From contig CALXAV010000003.1 in the NCBI GenBank assembly GCA_944386385.1, forward strand, positions 19,376 to 83,375: a stretch of 64,000 nt of DNA. Direction: 5' to 3'. The DNA comes from an uncultured Clostridia bacterium. GTDB taxonomy: Bacteria; Bacillota; Clostridia; TANB77; CAG-508. Position numbers and translations under genes: made by a program. Shown piece by piece: positions 8,867 to 17,951 of the stretch. Below the pieces are notes generated by a model. The model ran no database searches. It was not told where the DNA came from and saw nothing but the letters and a program-made list of their open reading frames with translations. Each line of letters starts with the position of its first letter. Position 1 is the stretch's first letter.

Positions 8867-9967
8867 TTATTTAAAGTAAATTGAACTTTTATCATCATTT
8901 TTAAATTTTATCATATCATTTTTTGACTTCAATAATGCCATAACTAAATTCTTAGCAATTTCATCTAACATGATTGCTGCATTTCCAATAACCCAATGGT
9001 TTTCAGTAAATTCAAAATAATCTAATTCATAGTCTTTCATAAAAATTCTCTTATACTTTTGTATTTCTTTTTCATAATTCTTAAAATCTCCATGAACTAG
9101 CTTTGATCTAATATCATATATACTGCATGCAAATTTTTCCATATTATTTTTTATAATATCATAATCTCCATTATAAAAATACTTTAGCTTTTTCTTTAAT
9201 TGATTTCTTATAGAATCTTTTGGATTAACTAATATCATTTCTATTATGTAAAATGGCGATAAGAAATGTTGGTAATGACTTGTTTGTTCTATTAAATGAT
9301 CCATAATAAAATCTAGTTTATAAAAATCAGATTTTTCTTCTATATAACTATCTATAGCACTTTTAAAATTAAATATTTCTTCTTTATTGTTTTTTACATC
9401 TTCATCATTATTTTGGGACTTATATATGGAAAAATTCCCATTCTTTTGAATTTTTAACTCCAGTCCTGATAAAATATGTAAAAAGCTATTTGTCCCAAAT
9501 AAAGAATCTCTTTCATCATCATGTAATATTCCTGTAAAGTTTTTTTCACTCATACTTGGTAACCAATTTTGTAGCATTGATATTTTGTGTTCTAATGAAT
9601 ATTCATCTATTTGCTCAGAATGTAATCTTTTTTCATCAAACTCATCATAAATAGTTCCTTCTATATCAAATTGTACTAACATTACAATTTTATTTAAAAT
9701 CTCATTAATACAATCTTTTTCATCACTCTTACTACTTATATTAAACATTCCATTCCAATATGAATCCATTAATATTTTCTTTATATCATACTCTTTCTTT
9801 TCCCATTTTCTAGAATGTTTTTTCTCTTGAGAAAGATTTTTATATAACATTTTTTTAATTCTTCCATAATATCCATCTCTTTTTAAAGGATTAACTAAAT
9901 ATAAACCTAATTTTTCACTTAGACAAATCGGTTCATTAATTTCACAAAACATATTATAAATAACCAT
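8867..9967 (-). CDS. HEPN-motif protein (366 aa from ATG 9967), first gene of the island operon
   Basis: The C-terminal region IYDIRSKLVHGDF contains R-x4-H. The codons AGA TCA AAG CTA GTT CAT at 9109->9092 were verified. I preferred ATG 9967 with GAAGGA upstream over the TTG at 9985. Confidence 0.55.
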   Translation of the reverse strand: MVIYNMFCEINEPICLSEKLGLYLVNPLKRDGYYGRIKKMLYKNLSQEKKHSRKWEKKEYDIKKILMDSYWNGMFNISSKSDEKDCINEILNKIVMLVQFDIEGTIYDEFDEKRLHSEQIDEYSLEHKISMLQNWLPSMSEKNFTGILHDDERDSLFGTNSFLHILSGLELKIQKNGNFSIYKSQNNDEDVKNNKEEIFNFKSAIDSYIEEKSDFYKLDFIMDHLIEQTSHYQHFLSPFYIIEMILVNPKDSIRNQLKKKLKYFYNGDYDIIKNNMEKFACSIYDIRSKLVHGDFKNYEKEIQKYKRIFMKDYELDYFEFTENHWVIGNAAIMLDEIAKNLVMALLKSKNDMIKFKNDDKSSIYFK

Positions 9968-10213
9968 TATATTTCCTTCTTTCAAAATAATTATAGCATC
10001 CTTTCTTATTTTATTCTACATTTTTAGCTTATTTATATTACATTTCATCCAGTATTTTTATGTTTTTTATATATTCTTTTATGAATTTTATTGCAATCTT
10101 TGAAAGTATCTAAAAATAAGCAAAAATAGCTGGTAATTTATCAAAAAATACTATATAATACACACAAATACTCTCCCTTCCATAGTTATACTTGAAAGGA
10201 GGTGAAATAAGTA

Positions 10214-11407
10214 ATGGCTGGGAGTATAGAAAAAAGAGGAAAAAATAGTTACAGGTTAACGGTATCAGAAGGATTTGACCTAAACGGAAAACCAATGATA
10301 CACAGAAAGACTATTCATGGAACTAAAAAAGAAGCAGAAGTTGAATTAGCCAAATTTGTTACTGAAGTACAAAATGGTTTAGTCATAGATGGTAAATCTC
10401 TTAAATTTTCTGAATTTGTTGAAGTATGGAAAAGAGATTATGGCTCAAAAGAATTAGCTCCTACAACATACAAACGATATTGTAGAATGTTAGAAACAAG
10501 AATTTTACCATATTTCGGACATTTCTATATTAACAAAATCAGACCAACTGACATTATGAAATTCTATGATTTGCTTGAAAAAGATACTCAACTAGTTAGA
10601 AAAAAAGGTAACAATGGTTCAAAAACTAAAAAGCCTTTATCTGGCAAAACTATTTTAGAACATCACAGATTATTAAGAGCAATGCTCCATAGAGCAGTTT
10701 ACTGGCAATTAATTGTAAGTAATCCTGCTGAGCGTGTTCAACCACCTAGAGCTAAAAAACCTAAAAGAAGATCTTATGATGATGAGCAAACTAAAATATT
10801 ATTAGAAAACTTAGAAAAACTTAATGTAGAAGATACTAAATATAAAGTTGCTATCATCCTTACTATCTTTACAGGTGTTCGTTTAGGTGAATTGATGGGC
10901 TTAGAATGGCAAGATGTTGATTTTAGAAATGGAATTATAAGTATTAACCGTTCTAGTCAATATCTATCAGATATGGGAGTATTTACTAAAGTTCCTAAAA
11001 CAGAAAGCTCCATTAGAGAGATTGCAATACCCGAATTTATCATTTCTTTGCTTGAGGAATATAAGTTATGGTATGAAGATCAAAAATCGCTATATGGCGA
11101 ATTATGGACGAATTCTGATAGGTTATTTGTACAAGCTGATGGCAAACCAATGCATCCTTCTTCTATAAGCAAATGGTTTGTTAAATATGTAGGTACAATA
11201 GGACTACCTGTAATTAATTTTCACGGATTAAGACATACAAATGCAAGTTTACTAGTTGCACAAAATGTTGATATAGCTGTTATTTCTGCAAGACTAGGTC
11301 ATGCACAAATAAGTACAACACTTGACTTTTATGTACATCCACTACTTTCTCATAATAGAAAAGCTGGATATGCACTAGAAAACTTACTATTACCAACAAG
11401 GTCTTAA
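10214..11407 (+). CDS. int: Tyrosine-type site-specific recombinase/integrase
   Basis: N-terminal arm-binding-type region (SIEKRGKNSYRLTVS). Catalytic signatures are TGVRLGEL, HGLRHT and LGHAQISTTLDFYVH. RBS AAAGGAGGTG lies upstream. Confidence 0.92.
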   Translation: MAGSIEKRGKNSYRLTVSEGFDLNGKPMIHRKTIHGTKKEAEVELAKFVTEVQNGLVIDGKSLKFSEFVEVWKRDYGSKELAPTTYKRYCRMLETRILPYFGHFYINKIRPTDIMKFYDLLEKDTQLVRKKGNNGSKTKKPLSGKTILEHHRLLRAMLHRAVYWQLIVSNPAERVQPPRAKKPKRRSYDDEQTKILLENLEKLNVEDTKYKVAIILTIFTGVRLGELMGLEWQDVDFRNGIISINRSSQYLSDMGVFTKVPKTESSIREIAIPEFIISLLEEYKLWYEDQKSLYGELWTNSDRLFVQADGKPMHPSSISKWFVKYVGTIGLPVINFHGLRHTNASLLVAQNVDIAVISARLGHAQISTTLDFYVHPLLSHNRKAGYALENLLLPTRS

Positions 11408-11704
11408 TTTTACTTTTTTCTAATTTTCACAAATTACAAATTTTCACGATATTAAAAAAGTAAAAAACTTTGAGATTTTATATCTCTTTCCCAAAAGTTT
11501 TTTACTTGTAGATTTTTATAAAAATTATAAATTTATAGTAAATTTTTTATTGAATTTTTATTAGAATTTCGGGCATTTGAGGTGGTTATTTTACCCAATT
11601 TTTACCCGATTTGACATAATAGTGTTATTTTCAAGCATTATTGCAACCAGTTTTCAAGCAATAAAAAATCACTAAAATCGTTACAGTTCTAGTGATATAA
11701 ACGT

Positions 11705-11750
11705 TGGTTGCGGGGGTAAGACTCGAACTTACGACCTTCGGGTTATGAGC
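11705..11750 (-). other. Truncated initiator tRNA-fMet (3' 46 nt: anticodon loop to CCA); putative att core
   Basis: The minus strand reads GCTCATAACCCGAAGGTCGTAAGTTCGAGTCTTACCCCCGCAACCA. It has a CAT anticodon loop, the CCC of the initiator-type anticodon stem, a T-arm, the acceptor 3' strand and CCA. No 5' half follows; 11751 onward is AT-rich non-tRNA sequence. Confidence 0.7.
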
Positions 11751-11774
11751 TATAAAATATTTATTATTAAAATT

Positions 11775-12272
11775 TTATCTTTCTTCATCTTCCACGTTTT
11801 TTACTAAAACTGTTCTCATATTGTTTCTTTTTCCTCCATGTACATCGTCAAGTAAATCATTTCCTATAACAAGTACTTTATCTGGTGGTAACTCCATCTT
11901 TTCGCAAGCCTTTCTAAAATTTCTCTTTAATGGTTTTAGAGCAAAACCTATGTAATCTATTCCTCTTTCTCTAAAATACTTTTCTATTTTTTTATCTACG
12001 CCGTTACTCAAAACTATAATTTTAAATTTTCCTCTCAAACTTTCAATCCAATCTTGATTGTACTTTGGGATATTTTTCATTTCTTTTCTTAGAGTATCAT
12101 CAACATCTAGAATTATTCCTTCTATTCCATATTCTTGCTTTATTCTTTCAATTTCATCTTCAGTCAATTCTGTAACTTTATCTATTGTTATATCTGGTTT
12201 TACAATCTTTGATAATACATAGTGTGCTAAGTCAATTATTTTGTCACCTATAATATCTTCTATTCTTCTCAT
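11775..12272 (-). CDS. YqeG-family HAD phosphatase
   Basis: Motifs ILDVDDTL (DxDxT), VLSNG and GNDLLDDVHGG. I preferred ATG 12272 with GGGAGAG upstream; the track ORF starts at GTG 12302. Confidence 0.75.
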   Translation of the reverse strand: MRRIEDIIGDKIIDLAHYVLSKIVKPDITIDKVTELTEDEIERIKQEYGIEGIILDVDDTLRKEMKNIPKYNQDWIESLRGKFKIIVLSNGVDKKIEKYFRERGIDYIGFALKPLKRNFRKACEKMELPPDKVLVIGNDLLDDVHGGKRNNMRTVLVKNVEDEER

Positions 12273-12399
12273 GAACTCTCTCCCGTTGATTATATATTTC
12301 ACAATATTATATCATATTTTCAAAAAATTTCCAGATTAGAAATAAGTAATGTTTAGACTTTTTCTATCGTTTATTGTATTATTAGTATAGGAGTAAAAT

Positions 12400-14007
12400 A
12401 TGGAAGAAGATAAAAAGTTATATAAAGAATTTTTAGATGGAAATAATGAAGCATTTAATAAAATAATTAGTAAATATGAGAAAAATCTTATTTACTTTAT
12501 AACACGATATGTAAAAGATATAGATATAGCACAAGATATTTACCAAGATACGGTAATGTATTTATTAGAACATAAAGAAAAATATGACGATAAGTATTCT
12601 CTAAAAGCTTATCTTTATCTAATTGCTAAATCACGAGCTATAAACTATTTGAACAGTAAGAAAAGAAATGTACCTCTAGAAAATTATGAAAATACTTTGC
12701 AAGAAGAAAAACTTTTAGAAGATATTATCTTTTCTAAAGAAAGACAAAAGAAAATAGAAAAAGTAATTAGAAAGATGAAACCTGAATATCAGTTAGTAAT
12801 TTATTTAACTAAGATAGAAGGGCTATCTTACAAAGAAACTGGAATCATTATGGATAAATCAGAAAAGCAGATAAAAAATTTAGTATTTAATGCTACTAAA
12901 AAATTAAAGAAATTATTAGTACAAGAAAAAATAATTGAAATAAAAAACAATAAAATTATAAGACTACTTTTATGGTTTATAATTATTACAGTTGCTATAT
13001 CTTCATTAACATATGCAGGATTTGTTATCTATGAAAAATATAAAGCAAGTTTAATGCCTACATATACAAATGAATTTGATAATAGTGAAAAAAATAATAT
13101 GTGGATTTGTACCTTTAATCTTGCTTGGAATGAATTCATGGCTCAAAGATTTGGCGGCCCTGTAGAATTTAAAGAAGGTAACTCTGAATTAGTAAATTCT
13201 TTAAATCAAAAAAATTTTACTAAAGACCAATTATCTTCTGATGATTATTATATAAAAGTAGCTGAAACATCTCCCAAATTAAAAGAAGTAATTAAAACTG
13301 ATATACAAAACAAATTTAACATAGACGAAAGCTCTTCATTGGATAAGATTAATTTTAATTTACCAAACAGTTATACAATATACTCTTTCCTATATAAGAA
13401 ATTTACATTTCCAGAACCTTTTGATATACTTCTTCCTGACAAGTTTGCAAACTCAGAAGAAAATGTTAAATACTTTGGAATCGATAGCTCTTCTTCTAAA
13501 GATTTAAGAGACAATGTTGAAGTTTTATTCTATTATGATAATGATAATTTTGCTGTAAAATTAAAAACAGTAAATAATGAAGATGTTATCTTGGCTAGAA
13601 TAGAAAATAGTAATTCTTTTGAAGAAACATATAACAAAATTAAAGAAAAAGAAGCTTCTGAAACTAACCACACTTTTGGAGAATCTGATACATTAAAAAT
13701 ACCAAACTTAATTGTAAATAATTCTATTATCTATGATGAATTATGCTATAAAGAATTAAAACCCAACGCTAATAATATAAATTATATAACTTCTGCTGTC
13801 CAAACAGTTAATTTTACATTAAATAATGAAGGTGGAGAAGTTTTAAGTAACAGTGTTACACAAGATATTTCTAAATCACAAAATCTTATAGAAAGGTCTT
13901 TCAATTTTACAGATGAATTTTTCTTGTTTTTAAAAGAATCAGATAAAGAAAAACCATATTTATCATTAAAAGTAGATAATATAGATTTAATGGAAGAAAC
14001 TAAATAA
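12400..14007 (+). CDS. ECF-type sigma-70 family factor fused to a TM helix and an extracytoplasmic serpin-like domain
   Basis: aa 1-180 carry sigma region 2 (DIAQDIYQDTVMYLL...YLYLIAKSRAINYL) and region 4 (LVIYLTKIEGLSYKETGIIMDKSEKQIKNLVFNATKKLKKLL). The TM helix is aa 187-211. aa 233-527 are collinear with serpin landmarks (see finding). Confidence 0.7.
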   Translation: MEEDKKLYKEFLDGNNEAFNKIISKYEKNLIYFITRYVKDIDIAQDIYQDTVMYLLEHKEKYDDKYSLKAYLYLIAKSRAINYLNSKKRNVPLENYENTLQEEKLLEDIIFSKERQKKIEKVIRKMKPEYQLVIYLTKIEGLSYKETGIIMDKSEKQIKNLVFNATKKLKKLLVQEKIIEIKNNKIIRLLLWFIIITVAISSLTYAGFVIYEKYKASLMPTYTNEFDNSEKNNMWICTFNLAWNEFMAQRFGGPVEFKEGNSELVNSLNQKNFTKDQLSSDDYYIKVAETSPKLKEVIKTDIQNKFNIDESSSLDKINFNLPNSYTIYSFLYKKFTFPEPFDILLPDKFANSEENVKYFGIDSSSSKDLRDNVEVLFYYDNDNFAVKLKTVNNEDVILARIENSNSFEETYNKIKEKEASETNHTFGESDTLKIPNLIVNNSIIYDELCYKELKPNANNINYITSAVQTVNFTLNNEGGEVLSNSVTQDISKSQNLIERSFNFTDEFFLFLKESDKEKPYLSLKVDNIDLMEETK

Positions 14008-14021
14008 AAGAGGGTGTTATT

Positions 14022-14978
14022 ATGAAAAAATTAGGAATTGTTTTTATTATAATTTTATTTATTGTTCTATTATTAGTATTTATCTTTTATAATTTTTATA
14101 TAAAAGATTCTAATAATAATGTAAGTAATAATATAGATGGCAATAACACTATTAATACAGTATCTTTAGAAGAAAAATCTCTTGAAGATTTATCTATAGA
14201 ATATTCTTTAGATGATGCTATTTCTGATGGTTGTTTTGTTGTTGGATATAATGTAAATTATAATGAAGAAAAACTAGAAAGTTTTATCTCTAACATAGAA
14301 AACAAAACACCTGATAAAATAAGAATTGCATTTTCAACACCTGAAGGAGATACTATTTTAGTTGATATCATTTTATCTAATGATGGAAAAATATTATTTA
14401 GACAAGATAATAGAAGAGATAATTTTTCATCTGAAGAAGATAGAATTATTTCAGAACAAACTCTATCTGTTAATGATTATAGAATTGTAGAAGATATTTT
14501 AGGTGAAAGTAAAACTCTTTATTTCGAAAATAGAAACGAAGATTTCTCTAGCAGAATATTTATTTGTAGCTGTTTTTATAATATTTCTTATAATTCTAAT
14601 TTTGAACTAATTTTTAAATCAAGAAAAGATTTAGGAATGAAAACAGTAATAGAAAAAGGAACTTACCTAGATTACAATATTTATACTTTTGGAGGAAATG
14701 TCTTTGTAAAAATCAATGATGAAGAATTACCATTAGAAGATGCTATAAAACAAAACAAGTTAAATCCTCAAGATATTGTAGATAATTGTACAATAGACGT
14801 AAAAGAAAATAAAAATAATGTTAATTCTGATGAAGCAAGCGACGGAGGAACACGTATCTATAGATATTCATCCGCTTCTCCTGAAGGTTATTCTATAATA
14901 AAACGCCACACACTTGATGGAAATAGAGATTTATATATTGGTGTTCCATATATGGATTTCAATGATATAAAGAAATAA
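14022..14978 (+). CDS. Membrane-anchored hypothetical protein, co-transcribed with the sigma fusion
   Basis: N-terminal TM helix (LGIVFIIILFIVLLLVFIFYNF). It starts 14 nt after the upstream stop, with AGAGGGTG as RBS. Possibly DUF4362-like (IRIAFSTPEGDTILVDI), but that is a weak call. Confidence 0.45.
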   Translation: MKKLGIVFIIILFIVLLLVFIFYNFYIKDSNNNVSNNIDGNNTINTVSLEEKSLEDLSIEYSLDDAISDGCFVVGYNVNYNEEKLESFISNIENKTPDKIRIAFSTPEGDTILVDIILSNDGKILFRQDNRRDNFSSEEDRIISEQTLSVNDYRIVEDILGESKTLYFENRNEDFSSRIFICSCFYNISYNSNFELIFKSRKDLGMKTVIEKGTYLDYNIYTFGGNVFVKINDEELPLEDAIKQNKLNPQDIVDNCTIDVKENKNNVNSDEASDGGTRIYRYSSASPEGYSIIKRHTLDGNRDLYIGVPYMDFNDIKK

Positions 14979-14999
14979 GACAGGATTTATTCCTGTCTT
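14977..14999. terminator. Bidirectional intrinsic terminator hairpin
   Basis: AAGACAGGA-tttat-TCCTGTCTT, between convergent genes. Confidence 0.6.
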
Positions 15000-15380
15000 C
15001 TATTCATCATAATTCCATAAACCTAATTTTCCCTTTGCATCTATTGGTTTATCAAACTTTTCTTTTAATTCAACTCGCCAAGCATAGTCTTCTTTAAATA
15101 TGCTTTTAGTATAAATATCTTTATTTTCTTTTAATCTTTCTTCAAAGAATTCAGGAGTTGTTTTTATACAATCTGTAAGTTCTACCTTTCCAATAATCTT
15201 TCCTAAAGGCATATCCTTTAAATAGCCTTTTAGTCTTTCATAAGCTTCTTTATCAATAGATTTTCCTGCATGGATTAATAAATCTCCTCTATATTTAGTT
15301 TTCCAACTTCTAAATTCAAATCTTTTATATCCTTCAATTATCAAACTTGCCCATGGCTGTTTAATTGTTAAAACTTTCAT
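15000..15380 (-). CDS. ASCH (PUA-like) domain protein
   Basis: The N-terminus MKVLTIKQPWASLIIEGYKRFEFRSW...LLIHAG is typical of ASCH domains. Confidence 0.7.
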   Translation of the reverse strand: MKVLTIKQPWASLIIEGYKRFEFRSWKTKYRGDLLIHAGKSIDKEAYERLKGYLKDMPLGKIIGKVELTDCIKTTPEFFEERLKENKDIYTKSIFKEDYAWRVELKEKFDKPIDAKGKLGLWNYDE

Positions 15381-15423
15381 CTCAATTCTCCTAAATTATA
15401 CTTATATAAAACAAAAACGAGTA

Positions 15424-16362
15424 TTAAAACTCGTCTTCATTTGTCTCCATTTTCTTATCTTCTTGTTCTAACTTTTCTAGTTCTTCTAATTCTTGTTTGT
15501 GTTCTATTTCTTCTTCATCAACCTTCTCAGCCTTGTTATCTTTTATTATTGTAATTTCACTTGCTGGATATTTTTTTGATACCAGATTATCTCCATCTTT
15601 TACTTTTACTCTAATAATTTCTCTTAAAGTCTCTATATTATCAACTTCTCCTTCACCATCTGGTGTTTTAACAATAGCACCAATGCTTGGAAGTCTTTTT
15701 AATTTTTCTTCATAAACATCACTTTCATATTTTAAGCAGCACATAAGTCTACCACAATTTCCTGATATTTTACTTGGGTTAAGAGATAGATTTTGTTCTT
15801 TTGCCATCTTTATAGAAACAGCTTCAAAATCTCTTAAGAATGTACAACAGCAAAGTTCTCTTCCGCAAACACCATTTCCACCTATTCTTTTTACTTCATC
15901 TCTCACACCAATTTGTCTTAATTCGATTCTAGTTTTATAAATTGCTGCTAAATCTTTTACTAACTCTCTAAAGTCAATTCTTCCATCAGCTGTAAAATAG
16001 AATAAAATTTTACTATCATCAAATTTATATTCTACATCAGTTAATGTCATAGCTAGTCCATGTTCTTTTATTTTCTTTTGACAAGTTTTAAAAGCTTCTT
16101 TTTCTTTTCTTCTACATTCTTCAAAATGTTTATGGTCTCTTCCATTTGCAATTCTAATAACTTTTTTTAAAGGTGCAACTATCTTTTCATCTTCAACAAA
16201 ACGGTTAGGAATTACAACTTCGCCATACTCTTCACCTTGAGCAGTTTCAACTATTACTTTTACTCCCTTTTTTACCTTTAAATTTTTAGGATTAAAAAAA
16301 TATATTTTACCTAATTTTTTAAATCTAACTCCTATTATATTTTTCAAACTACTTCCTCCCAT
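15424..16362 (-). CDS. ricT: PSP1-domain protein RicT/YaaT (stage 0 sporulation protein)
   Basis: IIGVRFKKLGKIYFF..., the Cys cluster GNGVCGRELCCCTFL and CGRLMCCLKYE. It lies downstream of holB as in Bacillus. The real start may be the TTG at 16347, overlapping the holB stop (TTGA). Confidence 0.85.
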   Translation of the reverse strand: MGGSSLKNIIGVRFKKLGKIYFFNPKNLKVKKGVKVIVETAQGEEYGEVVIPNRFVEDEKIVAPLKKVIRIANGRDHKHFEECRRKEKEAFKTCQKKIKEHGLAMTLTDVEYKFDDSKILFYFTADGRIDFRELVKDLAAIYKTRIELRQIGVRDEVKRIGGNGVCGRELCCCTFLRDFEAVSIKMAKEQNLSLNPSKISGNCGRLMCCLKYESDVYEEKLKRLPSIGAIVKTPDGEGEVDNIETLREIIRVKVKDGDNLVSKKYPASEITIIKDNKAEKVDEEEIEHKQELEELEKLEQEDKKMETNEDEF

Positions 16363-17231
16363 ATATTAAATAACATATTGTCTATACTCATATCATAATT
16401 TGCATTTTGATCAATTCTTCTCTTAGTATTTTCCACAATTTTTATACAATCTGTGTATTTCACATTTTCTTTTGATTTCTTTAATAGGATTATATTTATA
16501 TAATCTAACATATCAAATATTTCATCTTTTGAAGTATATAATATGTCCAATTTTTTTATTAAATCTATTAAGTCTTCTTTTTCTATATTTTCTATTGCTT
16601 GTTCAATTATTAAATACTCTTCTTGTTTATCTTTAAGCTCTATTGCCTTTCCAATACTACCTTGAAATACATCTAACATATTAGAGGTAACATTCATATT
16701 ATAATTTTCTTGTAAATATTTTTCCATATCAGAATCACTGATAGAATTAAAATGTATAATCATGCATCTTGATTTTATTGTAGTAAGGAATTCATTTTCA
16801 TTTTCACCAATCAAAATTATTGTTACAAATTCTGGTGGTTCTTCCAAAGTTTTTAATAATGCATTTTGTGCTTCTTTTGTCATAAAATCCGCATTATCAA
16901 TTATATAAACCTTACTTCTAGATATAATTGGCTTTTCTTGTACTCCCTTTTGCATATTTCTAATCTGGTCAATTTTTATAGTATTTCCATCTGATTCTAC
17001 TATAAAGAAGTCGGGATTATTTTGACCATCAAATTCTAGACAAGACTTACAATTATCACAGTATTTGTTATCACCTAAACAAAGAATAGCTTTTGCAAAT
17101 TCTTTTGCTATCATCTTTTTACCAATTCCTGACTTGCCAACAAATAAATAGCTATGTGATACTTTATTATTATTTACTGATTCTTGTAATAAGTTTTTTA
17201 TTTTATCATTTCCTAGAATATTTTGAAACAT
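16344..17231 (-). CDS. holB: DNA polymerase III subunit delta'
   Basis: SHSYLFVGKSGIGKKMIAKEFAKAILC, a Cys cluster CDNCKSC, and the IIDNADFMTKEAQNALLKTLEEPP box. Confidence 0.88.
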   Translation of the reverse strand: MFQNILGNDKIKNLLQESVNNNKVSHSYLFVGKSGIGKKMIAKEFAKAILCLGDNKYCDNCKSCLEFDGQNNPDFFIVESDGNTIKIDQIRNMQKGVQEKPIISRSKVYIIDNADFMTKEAQNALLKTLEEPPEFVTIILIGENENEFLTTIKSRCMIIHFNSISDSDMEKYLQENYNMNVTSNMLDVFQGSIGKAIELKDKQEEYLIIEQAIENIEKEDLIDLIKKLDILYTSKDEIFDMLDYINIILLKKSKENVKYTDCIKIVENTKRRIDQNANYDMSIDNMLFNIWEEVV

Positions 17232-17245
17232 TTAGTGTTCTCCTT

Positions 17246-17878
17246 TTATTCTACTTTACCCCATTTATCTAATGGCCAAATTCTAATTGCTACTGTACTT
17301 TCTATTTTCTCTAATGGGATACATCCAAATGCTCTACAGTCTTTACTATGATTTCTATTATCACCCATTGCAAATACACAATTTTCCGGTACAACAAAAT
17401 CATCAAATCCTGCACCTATAACATCTGTTACTATTCCATCTTGTAAATATGGCTCATCTAACTCTTCATCATTAATATATACTTTACCATCTTTTATTTG
17501 AACATGTTCTCCCGGTAGAGCTATAACTCTTTTAATATAACTTCTCTTTCCTATTTCTAAAAAGTTTTTAACAAACCATTCCCAACCATTTCTTTCTTCA
17601 TATTGCGCTACTGGATTAGCTTCATCTATTTCAGAAGCTGAATAATCTATTTTAGATGGTTCTTCAAATGTTATTATTTCTCCTCTTTCAGGTAAAGTTT
17701 TTGTTGTTCTTCCCCATCTATTTAGCCATAATCTTTGATTTTGTTCCAAAGTTGGATACATTGAACTCATCTGAACAACTGTTGGTGTTCCTATAAAATA
17801 ACGAAATAACATTGCTAAGACCAATGCAATTATAATACAATATACCCATTCTAACACTTCTTTAACTGTTGAATTCAA
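17246..17878 (-). CDS. lepB: Signal peptidase I
   Basis: TM anchor, catalytic Ser box SSMYPTL, KRVIALPGE, and GDNRNHSKDCR. Confidence 0.9.
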   Translation of the reverse strand: MNSTVKEVLEWVYCIIIALVLAMLFRYFIGTPTVVQMSSMYPTLEQNQRLWLNRWGRTTKTLPERGEIITFEEPSKIDYSASEIDEANPVAQYEERNGWEWFVKNFLEIGKRSYIKRVIALPGEHVQIKDGKVYINDEELDEPYLQDGIVTDVIGAGFDDFVVPENCVFAMGDNRNHSKDCRAFGCIPLEKIESTVAIRIWPLDKWGKVE

Positions 17879-17951
17879 GTTTATCTCTCCCTTTTTTACT
17901 TTAGTTTTTCTTTGCTTTTCTATTATACATTATTTTAAATAATTTATCAAC

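Larger units (their letters stand above)
1..11750. mobile_element. Integrated integrase-bearing genomic island (PICI/IME-like); left end not reached in the window
   Basis: Tyrosine integrase (10214-11407) lies beside a 46-nt tRNA-fMet 3' fragment (11705-11750). The island has excisionase-type HTH, replisome-organizer and DnaC-like loader genes. Cargo is an MTase/putative REase pair and a two-HEPN operon. Housekeeping genes start at 11775. Confidence 0.7.
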
